Assembly (NCBI GenBank): GCA_963765205.1
Contig: CAVXVB010000009.1
Span: 192,001 to 256,000, forward strand
DNA from: an uncultured Verrucomicrobiae bacterium
GTDB lineage: Bacteria > Verrucomicrobiota > Verrucomicrobiia > Opitutales > JABDGR01
Reading direction: 5' to 3'
DNA: 64,000 nucleotides
Shown: one piece after another, positions 49,460 through 59,917 of the stretch
Layout of the letters: each line of letters opens with the position of its first letter
Numbering within the stretch: position 1 is the first letter of the stretch
The notes under the pieces: model-generated
The model's input: the letters and a program-made list of their open reading frames with translations, nothing else
Told to the model about the DNA's origin: nothing
Database searches by the model: none
Position numbers and translations under genes: made by a program

Positions 49460-50545
49460 GTGAGCTACAAACTATTCATTCCCGGCCCCACCGAGGTCTC
49501 GCCCGCGATGTTCGCGGCGATGGCCAAACCGATGGTCGGCCACCGCAGCAAGGATTTCGTCGCCCTGTATCAGGGCCTGCAGCCGGATTTGCAGGCGCTG
49601 TTCTACACGCGTGACCCGGTCTATCTCAGCACGAGCAGTTCGTGGGGCGTCATGGAAGGCGCGATCCGCAACCTCACCCTCAAAGGCGTGCTCAATTGCA
49701 TGAATGGCGCGTTTTCCGACAAGTGGAACGACGTGGCCAAACGCTGCGGCAAGCCAGCCGGCGCGTTGCAATTTGAATGGGGCCAGCCGGTGGACCCGGC
49801 GGCGGTGCGCCGCGAACTGGCCACCGGCCAATTCGACGTGATCACTCTCATCCACAACGAGACCTCGACGGGCACGATGAGCGACCTTGCGGCCATCATG
49901 GCCGTCGTGCGCGAATTTCCCGAGGTGATTTCCGTGGTGGACTGCGTCAGTTCGTTTTCCGTCGTGCCGATCAAGAAGGACGAGCTGGGGATTGACGTGC
50001 TGCTGACCGGCTCGCAAAAGGCGCTGTCGCTCCCGCCGGGGCTGTCGCTCTTCGCGGTCTCGGAAAAGGCGCGCGCGCGCGCGGCCCAGGTGCCGGGGCG
50101 CGGGTATTATTTTGATTTCCTGGAATTTCACGCCAACCACGAGAAGGGCATGACGCCGAGCACGCCGTGCATCGCACTGCTCAACGGGCTGCGCGCGAAA
50201 GTGGATGAAATCAAAGCCGAGGGCGCGGAGAACCGCTATGCGCGGCACGCGCGCACCAACGCGCTCGTGCATGCCTGGGCCACGCGGCAGGGCTTCAAAC
50301 TCCTGCCCGCGCCGGCCTATGCCTCGAAGGCGCTCTCGTGCATTGTCAACACGCGCAACGTGGACCTCGAGGCGCTGAACAAGGCGCTCAAAAGCCGTTT
50401 TCACTGCGTGATTGACGGTGGCTACGGCAAGCTCAAGGGCAAAACTTTTCGCATTTCCAACATGGGCGACGAGACGGAGGAGACCATCGGCCGGCTGCTC
50501 GGCCAATTGGACGTGCTGCTGGCGGAAGCCGCCAAAGCCGGATGA
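49460..50545 (+). CDS. Class V PLP aminotransferase (alanine-glyoxylate / serine-pyruvate type)
   Basis: IPGPTEV, GHRS, HNETSTG, VDCVSS, GSQKALSLPPG, TPSTP, FRISNMG; GTG start. Confidence 0.92.
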   Translation: MSYKLFIPGPTEVSPAMFAAMAKPMVGHRSKDFVALYQGLQPDLQALFYTRDPVYLSTSSSWGVMEGAIRNLTLKGVLNCMNGAFSDKWNDVAKRCGKPAGALQFEWGQPVDPAAVRRELATGQFDVITLIHNETSTGTMSDLAAIMAVVREFPEVISVVDCVSSFSVVPIKKDELGIDVLLTGSQKALSLPPGLSLFAVSEKARARAAQVPGRGYYFDFLEFHANHEKGMTPSTPCIALLNGLRAKVDEIKAEGAENRYARHARTNALVHAWATRQGFKLLPAPAYASKALSCIVNTRNVDLEALNKALKSRFHCVIDGGYGKLKGKTFRISNMGDETEETIGRLLGQLDVLLAEAAKAG

Positions 50546-50658
50546 AATTCCGGTAAAAATTTTGCCGGAAATTTCGTGCGACGAAAAAATTATTTTGCCA
50601 AGCGACAAAATATCTGCTAGAAAGGAGTGGTTGCGAGAGTTGCTTGCTTCCTTTTTTA

Positions 50659-53340
50659 ATGGCTAAAACCCTGATCATCGCTGAAAAGCCGAGCGTCGCC
50701 GCGGACATTGCGCGCGCGCTGGGCGGATTCAAGAAAACCGGGGAGTTCTTCGAAAGCGAGGACTACGTGCTGAGTTCCGCCGTGGGCCACGTGGCGGAGC
50801 TGTGCATGCCGGAGGACTACGACAAAAAGCTTAAGTTTTGGACGCTCGGCGCGCTGCCCATCATCCCCGAGCAGTTCAAGCTCAAAGCCGGCGAGCGCAC
50901 GGCGGAACGCTTCACCCTGCTGAAGAAATTGATGGCGCGCAAGGACGTGGGCGACCTGCTCAATGCGTGCGACGCGGGGCGCGAGGGCGAATTGATTTTT
51001 ACCTATCTCTATAGCCTCGCCGAGTGCAAAAAGCCCTTCCGGCGCCTCTGGTGGTCCTCGATGACGAAAGAGGCGATCCGCGACGCCTTCCAGCACCCGC
51101 GCCCGGCGGCGGCGATGCTTGCGCTGCAAGAGGCCGCGCGCTGCCGCTCGGAGTCCGACTGGCTGATTGGCATCAACGGCACCCGCGCGCTCACCTCGCG
51201 CATGTATGGCCGGCGCGGCGGCTCGGTTGCCACGGTCGGGCGCGTGCAAACGCCGACATTGTCCATGGTGGTGGAGCGCGAAATCGAAATCCGGAATTTC
51301 ACGGCCCGGAAATACTGGCGCATTCTCGCGCGCTTTGGGATCGCCCTGGGCGAATACGAGGGCGTTTACCAGCGCCCCGATTTCAAACGGGCTGATGAGG
51401 AGGACCGCGCCGACCGCATTTGGGACCAAGCGGCGGCGGAAAAAATCCTTGCGGAAGCCCGCGCGGTGGCCAAAGCCACCGTGACCGAGGAGAAAAAACG
51501 CACCACCAACATCGCCCCGCGCCTCTACGACTTGACCACGCTCCAGCGCGAGGCGAACAGCCGCTTCGGCCTGCCGGCGGGAAAAACGCTGAGCCTGGCC
51601 CAGGCGCTCTACGAACGCCACAAAGCCATCACCTACCCACGCACCGACGCGCGCGCGCTGCCCGAAGACTACGCCTCGACCGTGCAACGGGTGCTGCAGC
51701 GCCTCGGCGGCGACCTGGCCCCGCACGCGGCCAAGGTGATTGAAAACCGCTGGGTCAACCCGAATGCGAAGCGCATCTTCAACAACGCGGAAGTCTCCGA
51801 CCACTTTGCCATCATCCCGACCGACGAGCCGCCGGAAAAATTGACGCCGGACGAGGCCAAAATTTACGACATGATTTCACGCCGGTTTGTCGCCGCGTTT
51901 TATCCGGCGGCGGAATTCGACGTGACCACGCGCACCAGCACCATCGCCAAGCATGCCTTCAAGACCGAAGGCAAGGTGCTCGCCCTACCCGGCTGGCTCG
52001 CCGTGTATGGGAAGGATGCCGCCACCGAGGAACACCTGCCCGCGCTTTCGCCGGCGGACGGCCAGCCCGCGCAGGCCGCCGTGCGCAATACGACCCTGAG
52101 CGCGGAAGCCACCAAGCCACCGCCGCGCTTCACGGAAGCCACGCTGCTGGCCGCCATGGAAGGCGCGGGCAAATTTGTCGAGGACGAGGACCTGGCCGCG
52201 GCCATGAAGGAAAAGGGCCTGGGCACGCCGGCCACCCGCGCGTCCATCATCGAGCATCTGCTCGCGTTGCATTACATGGAGCGCCAGCAGCGCGAACTCG
52301 CGCCCACGCCCAAGGCCGAAAGCCTGATGGAGTTTTTGAAAATCCTCAAAATTGACGAGCTGACCAGCCCCGACCTGACTGGTGAGTGGGAATACCAGTT
52401 GCGCCGCATGGAGGAAGGCAAGTTGACCCGGGAAAAATTCATGGACGGCATCGCCACCCTCACGAAAAAAATCGTGGACCGCACGAAAAAATTCGACGAC
52501 GAGGGCGTGCCCGCCCAGCCGACGGACATCCTCAACCCCGCCGACGGCCAGACCATGCTCGAAACCTGGCGCGCCTACCGCTCGCAGGACACCAAGACCG
52601 TCATTTACAAAATCATCGGCAACCGCAAGATTGCGCCGGCCGAAGTGCGCGAGCTGCTGGCCAACCGCAAAATCGGGCCGCTGGATGGTTTCCGCTCGAA
52701 GAAAGGGCGGCCATTTTCCGCTGTGCTGCGCCTTGACGAAGAAAACAAAGTCAAATTTGTATTCGAAAACAGCGGCTTCGGCGACAATGCCGACGGCACG
52801 CCGGTGGACTTGACCCAGTTCGCTGTCGTCGGCAAATGCCCGGTGGACGGCGCGCCGGTGCATGAAACGCCGAGCGGCTACGTCTGCGCGAATTTCAGCC
52901 GGGGCGAAGGGGCGAAGTGCGGGTTCCGGGTCTCGCGCGTGCTGCTGGGCGCCACCATCCCGCGCGAGCAATTTCAAAAACTCATCGAAAATAAAAAGAC
53001 GGATCTGATCAAGGGTTTCAAATCGAAGCGCACCGGGCGGTTTTTTGAGGCGTTCCTGGTGTTGAAGGACGAGGGGAAAATCGGCTTCGAGTTCCTGCCG
53101 CGCAAACCGCGCGCGGACGGCAAGGGCAAAGGCTTCAAGCGCGGCGCGCCGGCACCCGCGGCTGAGGCTGCCGTAGGCGATGCTATCACGCCCGCGCCGT
53201 CAAGTAACGGCCATCCGCCGCCCCGCAAAGGGCAAACCCCGCCGGTGACCCGCGCGCCACAGGGCAAAGGAAACACTCCATCGGCCGCGCCTATCCAAAG
53301 GAAACGCAACACCCCGCCGCCGCTCGTGCCGATGGCGTAA
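50659..53340 (+). CDS. topB: DNA topoisomerase III (type IA) with C-terminal repeats
   Basis: AEKPSVA, NACDAGREGELIF, GRVQTPTL, TYPRTD, GLGTPATRA; C-terminal GFRSKKGRPFSA / GFKSKRTGRFF repeats. Confidence 0.9.
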   Translation: MAKTLIIAEKPSVAADIARALGGFKKTGEFFESEDYVLSSAVGHVAELCMPEDYDKKLKFWTLGALPIIPEQFKLKAGERTAERFTLLKKLMARKDVGDLLNACDAGREGELIFTYLYSLAECKKPFRRLWWSSMTKEAIRDAFQHPRPAAAMLALQEAARCRSESDWLIGINGTRALTSRMYGRRGGSVATVGRVQTPTLSMVVEREIEIRNFTARKYWRILARFGIALGEYEGVYQRPDFKRADEEDRADRIWDQAAAEKILAEARAVAKATVTEEKKRTTNIAPRLYDLTTLQREANSRFGLPAGKTLSLAQALYERHKAITYPRTDARALPEDYASTVQRVLQRLGGDLAPHAAKVIENRWVNPNAKRIFNNAEVSDHFAIIPTDEPPEKLTPDEAKIYDMISRRFVAAFYPAAEFDVTTRTSTIAKHAFKTEGKVLALPGWLAVYGKDAATEEHLPALSPADGQPAQAAVRNTTLSAEATKPPPRFTEATLLAAMEGAGKFVEDEDLAAAMKEKGLGTPATRASIIEHLLALHYMERQQRELAPTPKAESLMEFLKILKIDELTSPDLTGEWEYQLRRMEEGKLTREKFMDGIATLTKKIVDRTKKFDDEGVPAQPTDILNPADGQTMLETWRAYRSQDTKTVIYKIIGNRKIAPAEVRELLANRKIGPLDGFRSKKGRPFSAVLRLDEENKVKFVFENSGFGDNADGTPVDLTQFAVVGKCPVDGAPVHETPSGYVCANFSRGEGAKCGFRVSRVLLGATIPREQFQKLIENKKTDLIKGFKSKRTGRFFEAFLVLKDEGKIGFEFLPRKPRADGKGKGFKRGAPAPAAEAAVGDAITPAPSSNGHPPPRKGQTPPVTRAPQGKGNTPSAAPIQRKRNTPPPLVPMA

Positions 53341-53343
53341 AAT

Positions 53344-55728
53344 CTAGGAGGCGGGAGTCGCTGTTTTGGGCGCGGCGGCGTCGGGCGCTTGGGCTGAGTG
53401 CGCCGGGGCTGCGGCACCGCCTTGAATCGAAAGAGCTTTGGCCGAGGCGCCGCCGGGGTTGAGTTTGGCCATGATTTTGAGACTAAGGTCTTCGATGGCG
53501 TCATGGCAGATTTGCGAGGCCGGATAAATGTCCTGCGCCTGCAGATAATAATTGAGGCTCGCGGGATAATCACCGGCTTGTTCCGCGCGATCGGCGGAGT
53601 CCAGCGCGGCGACAAATGGGGCGACGCGGGCGGCCACCTGGGCCTTCGTGATGGCGAGCACGGGGTCGTTCGGTTCAATCTTCGTCGCGTTGACTAGGGT
53701 TTCCCAGGCGTAGTAACCGTTGTTTTGTTTAACCGCCTGATCGGCGATGTTGACGGCCACCTCCACCTGCGATTCCCGGTCCACGATTTCCTTGAACTTG
53801 GCGGAGCGGGCGGCATCGCCATACAGGGCCGCGCCGATTTCGTCCTTGTTGTCGAAGATCGCACGCTCGTCCCCGTGCGCCAGCAGGTCGTCGAATTTTC
53901 CGGTGCCGACGTTGGCCTGGTTCGAATGGTCACGCAGCGACTTGCTGAAACTGGCGATTTCGGGGTTAAGGGGCCACGTCTCCGTGGCCTTTTGCAGATT
54001 GGCGGTGACGCGGTCAATATCGCTGGTCAGGGCGGCCTGCTCGGCGGCCATGACGTAATTGTTGCTGATCTGCTCGCCTTCCTTGATGGCGGACATGATC
54101 GGCGCGGCGTCGGCGTCGGCAAAGTCCTTGGCGTCCGCCTCGATTTGATTCAGCTTGGCCTCCGCGCCGGCGAAATCGCGGTCTTCCATCATGTGTTTCA
54201 GCGCGGTGCTTTCGGTGTAAATGGCCAGCAGCACATGGCGCTTGGCGGGGTCGAAATTCTGCACGGCGGGGAGGTTTTCGCCGAGCAGGAAGGTTTGTTG
54301 GAGCTGCTGGAGGGCGATCCAGCGGTCGCCGCGGTCATAGGCGCTTTCGACCGACTTCATGCCGTTGTCCACTTCGTTGATGGCTTCGTGGGAGATCGCC
54401 TCAAAATTGTTCACGGAGGGGACCACGTTGTCAGTGTTAAAGAATTTGGACATTTCGGATGCGGCCACATTCATGCGTTGCTGGGAGCCTTTGAAAACGT
54501 GCTCGTAAAACATCCCGGCAATCAGGCTGTGCTGAAAGCGGCGCTGGGCGATGAAAGCGAACAACTGGGTTTGATATTCGAGTTTAGCCTCGAGGCCCAT
54601 GGTCGTGGCATCGGCATCGAGGAGGTTCTGCTTGACGTAGGTGCGTGCCAATTCCTCGCTGCGCAACCCGGCCATGTTGGCCCTTTGGAGGGTGGGCAAG
54701 GTCTGCGTCTGCAGGCCCGGGCTGCCGGCCACCGGTTGCATTGCGCTGGTGCTGAGTAGAGGCTGAAGTATGTTGCCAATGCCTCCCAAGCCGTCAGAAG
54801 CGGTCCCATTGTTTATATTGACGGTGGTGCCGTTATAAGTGCCATTGGGGGTGGGAGCCTGCGAAGCACTATACGACGTGCTCGCGGGACCAGCCGGGCC
54901 GGTGGTGGTAGTGCTGTTGGAGTAAGGAACGGGTGGCCCGCCACTGGATGATCCGCCCGATTGACCGGGCGGGGGGGTGGAACTGGGGCTAGAGGCTTCC
55001 AGCCCGGGATTTTGCCGGGCAAAGTCAACGGCATTGGCGGCGGCCATCGCCGCCCCGGAAGCAACCCCGAATTCCTCGTGTTGGCGATCAACTTCGAGTT
55101 GGGCATACTGCTCTTTGTTGGCCGTCAGTTCGTCGCGCACGCGCCAAGCGTTGAAGACCTGGTTGGCGAGCGTTTCCGACGCGCCACCGTCCTCGTCATA
55201 TTTCGCCGCTTTGTAGAGCAACTGCCAGGCCTGGTAAATTTTGTCGCTGTTGCCGGCTTCAACGGGCTTGACGGCCTCATCCTGCGTGGCAGCGGTATTG
55301 GTGGTGAGCAGGCCTTTAATTTGCTCTAGGATTTGCTGGTAATCGTCGGTGTCGTCAAAGCCGGGCGAACTGAGGTAGCGCTCAAAGCGCGAGCGTACGA
55401 TCAGGTTGTCGCCGACAGAAAATTTGCTGTTGTTCCACTGAAAAATGCCGTTTTCCGTGTCCACATTCAGACTGTCCGAATTCAGGAGTTTGGAGGCGAC
55501 GCTCCAAATCTCGTCATGTTCGCCCTGATTGTCATTGCCCGAAGTGCTGGGACTCTGCCCGTCGGACGAGGGATTAACCGGCTGGCTGTTGGAATTGTAG
55601 GCTGAGGGGTTGGCGGGCGCATTCCCGCCCGGGCCGCCGCGCGGAAGCCCGCTGGGTGTGCGCTGGGCCAAGACCGCCGAGGTGAGAACAAGGGTCGCGG
55701 CCAAAACAAGGGGTAATCGAGTATTCAT
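53344..55728 (-). CDS. Secreted hypothetical protein, helical/TPR-like with low-complexity insert
   Basis: 794-aa ORF with signal peptide and host-like codon usage. Confidence 0.75.
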   Translation of the reverse strand: MNTRLPLVLAATLVLTSAVLAQRTPSGLPRGGPGGNAPANPSAYNSNSQPVNPSSDGQSPSTSGNDNQGEHDEIWSVASKLLNSDSLNVDTENGIFQWNNSKFSVGDNLIVRSRFERYLSSPGFDDTDDYQQILEQIKGLLTTNTAATQDEAVKPVEAGNSDKIYQAWQLLYKAAKYDEDGGASETLANQVFNAWRVRDELTANKEQYAQLEVDRQHEEFGVASGAAMAAANAVDFARQNPGLEASSPSSTPPPGQSGGSSSGGPPVPYSNSTTTTGPAGPASTSYSASQAPTPNGTYNGTTVNINNGTASDGLGGIGNILQPLLSTSAMQPVAGSPGLQTQTLPTLQRANMAGLRSEELARTYVKQNLLDADATTMGLEAKLEYQTQLFAFIAQRRFQHSLIAGMFYEHVFKGSQQRMNVAASEMSKFFNTDNVVPSVNNFEAISHEAINEVDNGMKSVESAYDRGDRWIALQQLQQTFLLGENLPAVQNFDPAKRHVLLAIYTESTALKHMMEDRDFAGAEAKLNQIEADAKDFADADAAPIMSAIKEGEQISNNYVMAAEQAALTSDIDRVTANLQKATETWPLNPEIASFSKSLRDHSNQANVGTGKFDDLLAHGDERAIFDNKDEIGAALYGDAARSAKFKEIVDRESQVEVAVNIADQAVKQNNGYYAWETLVNATKIEPNDPVLAITKAQVAARVAPFVAALDSADRAEQAGDYPASLNYYLQAQDIYPASQICHDAIEDLSLKIMAKLNPGGASAKALSIQGGAAAPAHSAQAPDAAAPKTATPAS

Positions 55729-55846
55729 GGGGATGGCAAATGACGCTGCCTAATTCCACATATTAGCCCATTTTCGCAAAAATGTAAGCCCTTTTTTGAC
55801 GGGCACCCCCTTAAATTCAAACGGGTGTTTGACACCGACCCCGCCC

Positions 55847-56572
55847 CTATTCGCGCTCATCAAGGCCGTCGGGGGCGCGGTGGTTATTTTCCACGCGGCA
55901 GTCGTTCATCACCCGCAGCCAAATTTCGCGCAGGTCGAACAGGGCCGTTTGCACGTCGCGGAAGAACTGGCCGTGCACGGCATGGTTGCCCAAGGGGAGC
56001 TGATGCAGGAGGCTGAGGGAGTGGTTGACCGCGCTGAGGGCGTTCTTTAGGTGGCAGATGGCCAGGCTGAAATCGCCCAGATCGAGGGCATGGATGGCCA
56101 TCACCGAGTTCAATTCGCCCGCATTAAGGCTGCCGGCGAATTTCCAGGCGAGGCCGGTGTTGACGCTGAGGTCGTTGCCACTGGCCAGAAAATGCTCCCA
56201 GACATGGTTGAGGTGCTGGTGCAGGCCGCGCGTGGCGATGAAAACCGGATGCTTGTGAATCGTATAGGTGGCGGGGGCCTCCTCGAATTCCTCCTCTTCG
56301 GCCACCGGGTGCGGCGCGGGCGAGGGAGTCGGCGCCGGTTTGGGCGGTGTGGTGGAAGCATCGCCCGGCGCCCACTCCTGGTCGCCCCAGCCCATCAGGC
56401 GGGCGGCTTCGTCGAGATGGTCGGGGCGGTGCTTGTGCTGGAGATAGAGGGTGAGGAAGCGGGCAATCTCCTTCTCATTCTGCTTCAAATACTGCTGCCA
56501 ATCGAACTCGTTCCAAGCGAGTTCGCCGCGATCTTCCCACTCACTCTCCGAGAAATGTTCAAAATCTTGCAT
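55847..56572 (-). CDS. Hypothetical protein (acidic, Trp-rich N-terminus)
   Basis: 241-aa ORF with host-like codon usage. Confidence 0.7.
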   Translation of the reverse strand: MQDFEHFSESEWEDRGELAWNEFDWQQYLKQNEKEIARFLTLYLQHKHRPDHLDEAARLMGWGDQEWAPGDASTTPPKPAPTPSPAPHPVAEEEEFEEAPATYTIHKHPVFIATRGLHQHLNHVWEHFLASGNDLSVNTGLAWKFAGSLNAGELNSVMAIHALDLGDFSLAICHLKNALSAVNHSLSLLHQLPLGNHAVHGQFFRDVQTALFDLREIWLRVMNDCRVENNHRAPDGLDERE

Positions 56573-56735
56573 GGTGCGTGGCTCGAGCCGCCGGGGTGTT
56601 CTTGGATGCTAAACTGTCCGCGCAAGGTGTCCAATAAAAAATATGGGTATTTTGGCTGGAACGCATCCTTAACCTGGATGATGTCACAGGTTCAAGTCTT
56701 GTTGCTCCCACCAGTTTTGGCAGACAAACGGCCCG

Positions 56736-58403
56736 TCATTTTTTCGCCACACCCATCGCCGCGTCTTTCTTGTCATTGCCCGCCAGGGCTTGGTCGAAGA
56801 AGGCCATCAGGTGCGTTATTTCATCGGGCGTGAGGGCATGGGCACCTTTGGGCTTTTCCATGAGGAGGCGCGCAAAGCCGAAATTTTTAAGCTGCGCAAG
56901 GTTGGGCGGATATACGTCATTCACCATCTCGTCTTGGGCACCATCGGCGTAATAAACCGCCAAGCCATTTTTTACCTTCTGCAGCGCAGGAGTGAATGCG
57001 GCCTTGGGCAGATTGGTCGAGACCCCCGCAAATCCGGCAAACAATTCCGGGCGCTGCCCCAGGATCATTGCCCCGTTCGCGCCACCCTCATCAAAGCCTA
57101 GCAGGATAACGTGCTTCGGGTTGACCTGGTCGCGCGTCACGGTGTCGGTTATGATTGCGGCAATTTGGTTCGGCAGGCTGCTTTTGGTCACTGCAACGGC
57201 CAAATCCTGGCGGCTTTTCACCAGCCCGAGCCACTGCTGGGCGAAATCCACCGCCGTGTCGCCAAAACCCGGAAGACAGATGAGCAAGGTAGGGTCTTGC
57301 ACGAAGGGAAACTTGGTTTGGTCGGGGGAGATAAAAACGTAGTTCACCCCCGGGTTCGCCCCGTTATCCCGGCCCATCATCGGTCCCCCGGTGCGTTGGT
57401 TCGGCATCGGCTCCCCATTGCGCCGCGACATCGCGGGACCCCCATTGCGTGGCGGCGCCACCACCGCTGCGGTGCGATGCTCCACCACGACTCCGTCCGG
57501 GGGTTCCGTCGCTGAAACAGTGGCGGGCGCTGGGGTTCCCGGGGTCGCTGCCGCCAGTTTGTCATTGGCCGCCATCACCTGGTCGAAAAAAGTCAGCATA
57601 TGTTCCGTCATTGGCTCATAGACGCTAAATGGCAGGTTATGGCCCGAGTTGGGCCGTTCGGAAAAAATATGGGCAAAACCAAAATTTTTATACTTCGCGA
57701 TCATGAAGGCAAAGTCCGCATCGCTGAGCCCTTCACCAGTGCCCACGCTGACATACAAGGCGAGCCGGGGCGCAATTCTCTGCAACGTGGGTGACGCATT
57801 TAGCTGCGCCCCCGATATGTCGGCAAAACCCGCGAAGAGATCCGGGTATCGGTTCAGCGTTTCAAGCCCGACCGCCGCGCCCATCGAATAGCCTGCCAGA
57901 ATGATGTGATGAGGGTTGATGTGGTCGCCCGCCACGGTGTCGACAATGATTGCATTGATCGAGTCAGGCAGGCCGCCGCCACTGTCAACGAAGGCGCCGT
58001 GGGTGACAGCATAATCCGGCACCGCGACCTCCACGTCCGAGCGGTTGTTGACGAGGCTCAGCCATACTTTCGCCGCCGAGTCCGCAGTTTCCCCCGAGCC
58101 ATGCAGGTAAACCACCAGCGTGTAACCATCCGCGGGCATCATCTTGTGCCGGCCTGGCGATAAAAAAACATAAGCGGGCTGAGTCGCAGTGTTCTTAAAT
58201 GTGGTCAAGCCGGTGATTGGAGCGGTCTGGGGCGTCAACAGATTAATCGCGTCCCTCGTGTGGCGGTCTTCCCATACGACATCTCCTTGATTTGTGGCAG
58301 GGGTCGCATTGAGCACCATAATGCCCGCCGAAGCCGAAGCCGCCCAACCGCACCATAACATGACGGCCAATAACCATCGCAACAAACGGATGCACATGTT
58401 CAC
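56736..58403 (-). CDS. Secreted tandem alpha/beta hydrolase (two esterase-like domains)
   Basis: Domain 1 LHGSG...GYSMGA...GH; domain 2 LPGFG...GFDEGG...AH; signal peptide. Confidence 0.78.
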   Translation of the reverse strand: MNMCIRLLRWLLAVMLWCGWAASASAGIMVLNATPATNQGDVVWEDRHTRDAINLLTPQTAPITGLTTFKNTATQPAYVFLSPGRHKMMPADGYTLVVYLHGSGETADSAAKVWLSLVNNRSDVEVAVPDYAVTHGAFVDSGGGLPDSINAIIVDTVAGDHINPHHIILAGYSMGAAVGLETLNRYPDLFAGFADISGAQLNASPTLQRIAPRLALYVSVGTGEGLSDADFAFMIAKYKNFGFAHIFSERPNSGHNLPFSVYEPMTEHMLTFFDQVMAANDKLAAATPGTPAPATVSATEPPDGVVVEHRTAAVVAPPRNGGPAMSRRNGEPMPNQRTGGPMMGRDNGANPGVNYVFISPDQTKFPFVQDPTLLICLPGFGDTAVDFAQQWLGLVKSRQDLAVAVTKSSLPNQIAAIITDTVTRDQVNPKHVILLGFDEGGANGAMILGQRPELFAGFAGVSTNLPKAAFTPALQKVKNGLAVYYADGAQDEMVNDVYPPNLAQLKNFGFARLLMEKPKGAHALTPDEITHLMAFFDQALAGNDKKDAAMGVAKK

Positions 58404-58463
58404 GGCGCGCGCCGACTATTCTTGTCCAAGCTACCCCATTTCCATGGCCTGTCAATAGGGAAT

Positions 58464-58656
58464 GGGGGTAGTTACGAAATTCGACCAACCACAATCGGTA
58501 GTGTTGGTGGCGATGATGGAGGACTAGCCACGCACGATGCTGGAAATGGAGCGACGGTTCAACGACTAATCGGCGTGCCGGAAGTATCTGTCCGTGTTGC
58601 GCTGGCCGGAGGGGTTTGTCTGTCCCGGTTGCCAAGGAGGCGAGGCTTGGCAATAA
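58464..58656 (+). mobile_element. IS1595-family remnant (left end plus N-terminal transposase fragment with stops)
   Basis: 58513-58656 translates MMED*PRTMLEMERRFND*SACRKYLSVLRWPEGFVCPGCQGGEAWQ*, matching the IS1595 Zn-ribbon N-terminus. Confidence 0.8.
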
Positions 58657-58758
58657 AACACTCCTTCCGGCGTTTTCCCGCCACCGGCACTGCTTTAAGG
58701 ATTGTCCGCGGGCGCGGGTTTGGGGCAGAATTGGCGTTTGCCCAACTTTTCCCCAGCC

Positions 58759-59037
58759 ATGGCCCATCCTGTTTTTCGCCTCGAAGCGCACTTTGCGGGT
58801 CGCGTGCAAGGCGTGGGCTTTCGCTACACCGCCCGCCAGATTGCCCAGGGCTATGAAGTCACCGGGCGGGTGTGCAATTTGCCCGACGGGCGCGTCCACT
58901 TGATTGTCGAGGGGCCGGAGGCCGAGGTGCGCGAATTTGTGCGCGAAATCCAGTCCCAACTGATACATCACATCAAGGAAACCACGCTGGAACCGTTGGC
59001 TGGCCCGGCGCAGTTCCGCGACTTTCACATTGGCTAA
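58759..59037 (+). CDS. acyP: Acylphosphatase
   Basis: GRVQGVGFRY, G.VCNLPDGRV. Confidence 0.93.
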   Translation: MAHPVFRLEAHFAGRVQGVGFRYTARQIAQGYEVTGRVCNLPDGRVHLIVEGPEAEVREFVREIQSQLIHHIKETTLEPLAGPAQFRDFHIG

Positions 59038-59047
59038 AGAGGCCATC

Positions 59048-59917
59048 ATGCCCACCCCCGCCATCCGCATCCAACACCTGACGAAGGACTTCCGCTTGGG
59101 CCTGCGGGGGGTCAAGCTGCGCGCGGTGGATGATCTGTCGTTCGAGGTGCAGGACAACCAGGTGTTCGGGCTGCTCGGGCCGAATGGCTCGGGCAAAAGC
59201 ACCACGATGAAGGTCATCCTGGGATTGCTGGAACCGACCCAGGGAAAATGCGAAATATTCGGACTGCGGAGCGACTCGGTGCAGGCGCGGCGGCTGGTGG
59301 GCTATCTGCCCGAATCGCCGTATTTTTACCGTTTCCTCAGCGGGCGTGAACTGGTGGCCTACTACGCAGGGATTTGCGGTGTGGCGAAGGCCGGGCGGGA
59401 TAAACGCGTGGCCGAGGTGCTCGACTTGGTCGGCCTCAGCGCGGCGGCCGACCGGCGCGTGGGCACCTATTCAAAGGGCATGTTGCAGCGCGTCGGGCTG
59501 GCGCAAGCCATCGTCCACGACCCGCGCCTGGTCATCCTCGACGAGCCGACCGCGGGCGTGGACCCCATTGGCACGCAGGACATCAGCGAGTTGATTCTCG
59601 AACTCAAGCGCCGGGGCAAGACCGTCCTTCTGTGCTCGCACTTGCTGGCGCAAGTCGAGGACGTGTGCGACAATCTCGCCATCCTCAATCTCGGGAAGCT
59701 GGTCGCTGAGGGCGCGGTCGGTGACTTGCTCCGGCGCGAGGGGTTGAGCACCCTGGCGGTGGAGAATTTCACGCCGGCCATGCGGGCGGAGGTCGAGGCC
59801 GTGCTGGCCCGGCATGGCGCGCATCTGCGGCAGGTGGAGACTGCGCGCGTGGCGCTCGACCAGCTCTTTTTGGAAAAGGTGGGACCCAAGGACGGCCCAA
59901 CGAAAGGCACGCCATGA
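59048..59917 (+). CDS. ABC transporter ATP-binding protein
   Basis: GPNGSGKST, YSKGMLQR, ILDEPT, SH. Confidence 0.93.
   Translation: MPTPAIRIQHLTKDFRLGLRGVKLRAVDDLSFEVQDNQVFGLLGPNGSGKSTTMKVILGLLEPTQGKCEIFGLRSDSVQARRLVGYLPESPYFYRFLSGRELVAYYAGICGVAKAGRDKRVAEVLDLVGLSAAADRRVGTYSKGMLQRVGLAQAIVHDPRLVILDEPTAGVDPIGTQDISELILELKRRGKTVLLCSHLLAQVEDVCDNLAILNLGKLVAEGAVGDLLRREGLSTLAVENFTPAMRAEVEAVLARHGAHLRQVETARVALDQLFLEKVGPKDGPTKGTP

Noticed and set aside
45454..50600. Similar AT-rich palindromes (GGCAAAATAATTATTTGCC near 45454 and AAAAAATTATTTTGCC near 50584) as a shared operator
   Set aside because: Only two imperfect, low-complexity instances upstream of unrelated genes; cannot be distinguished from chance
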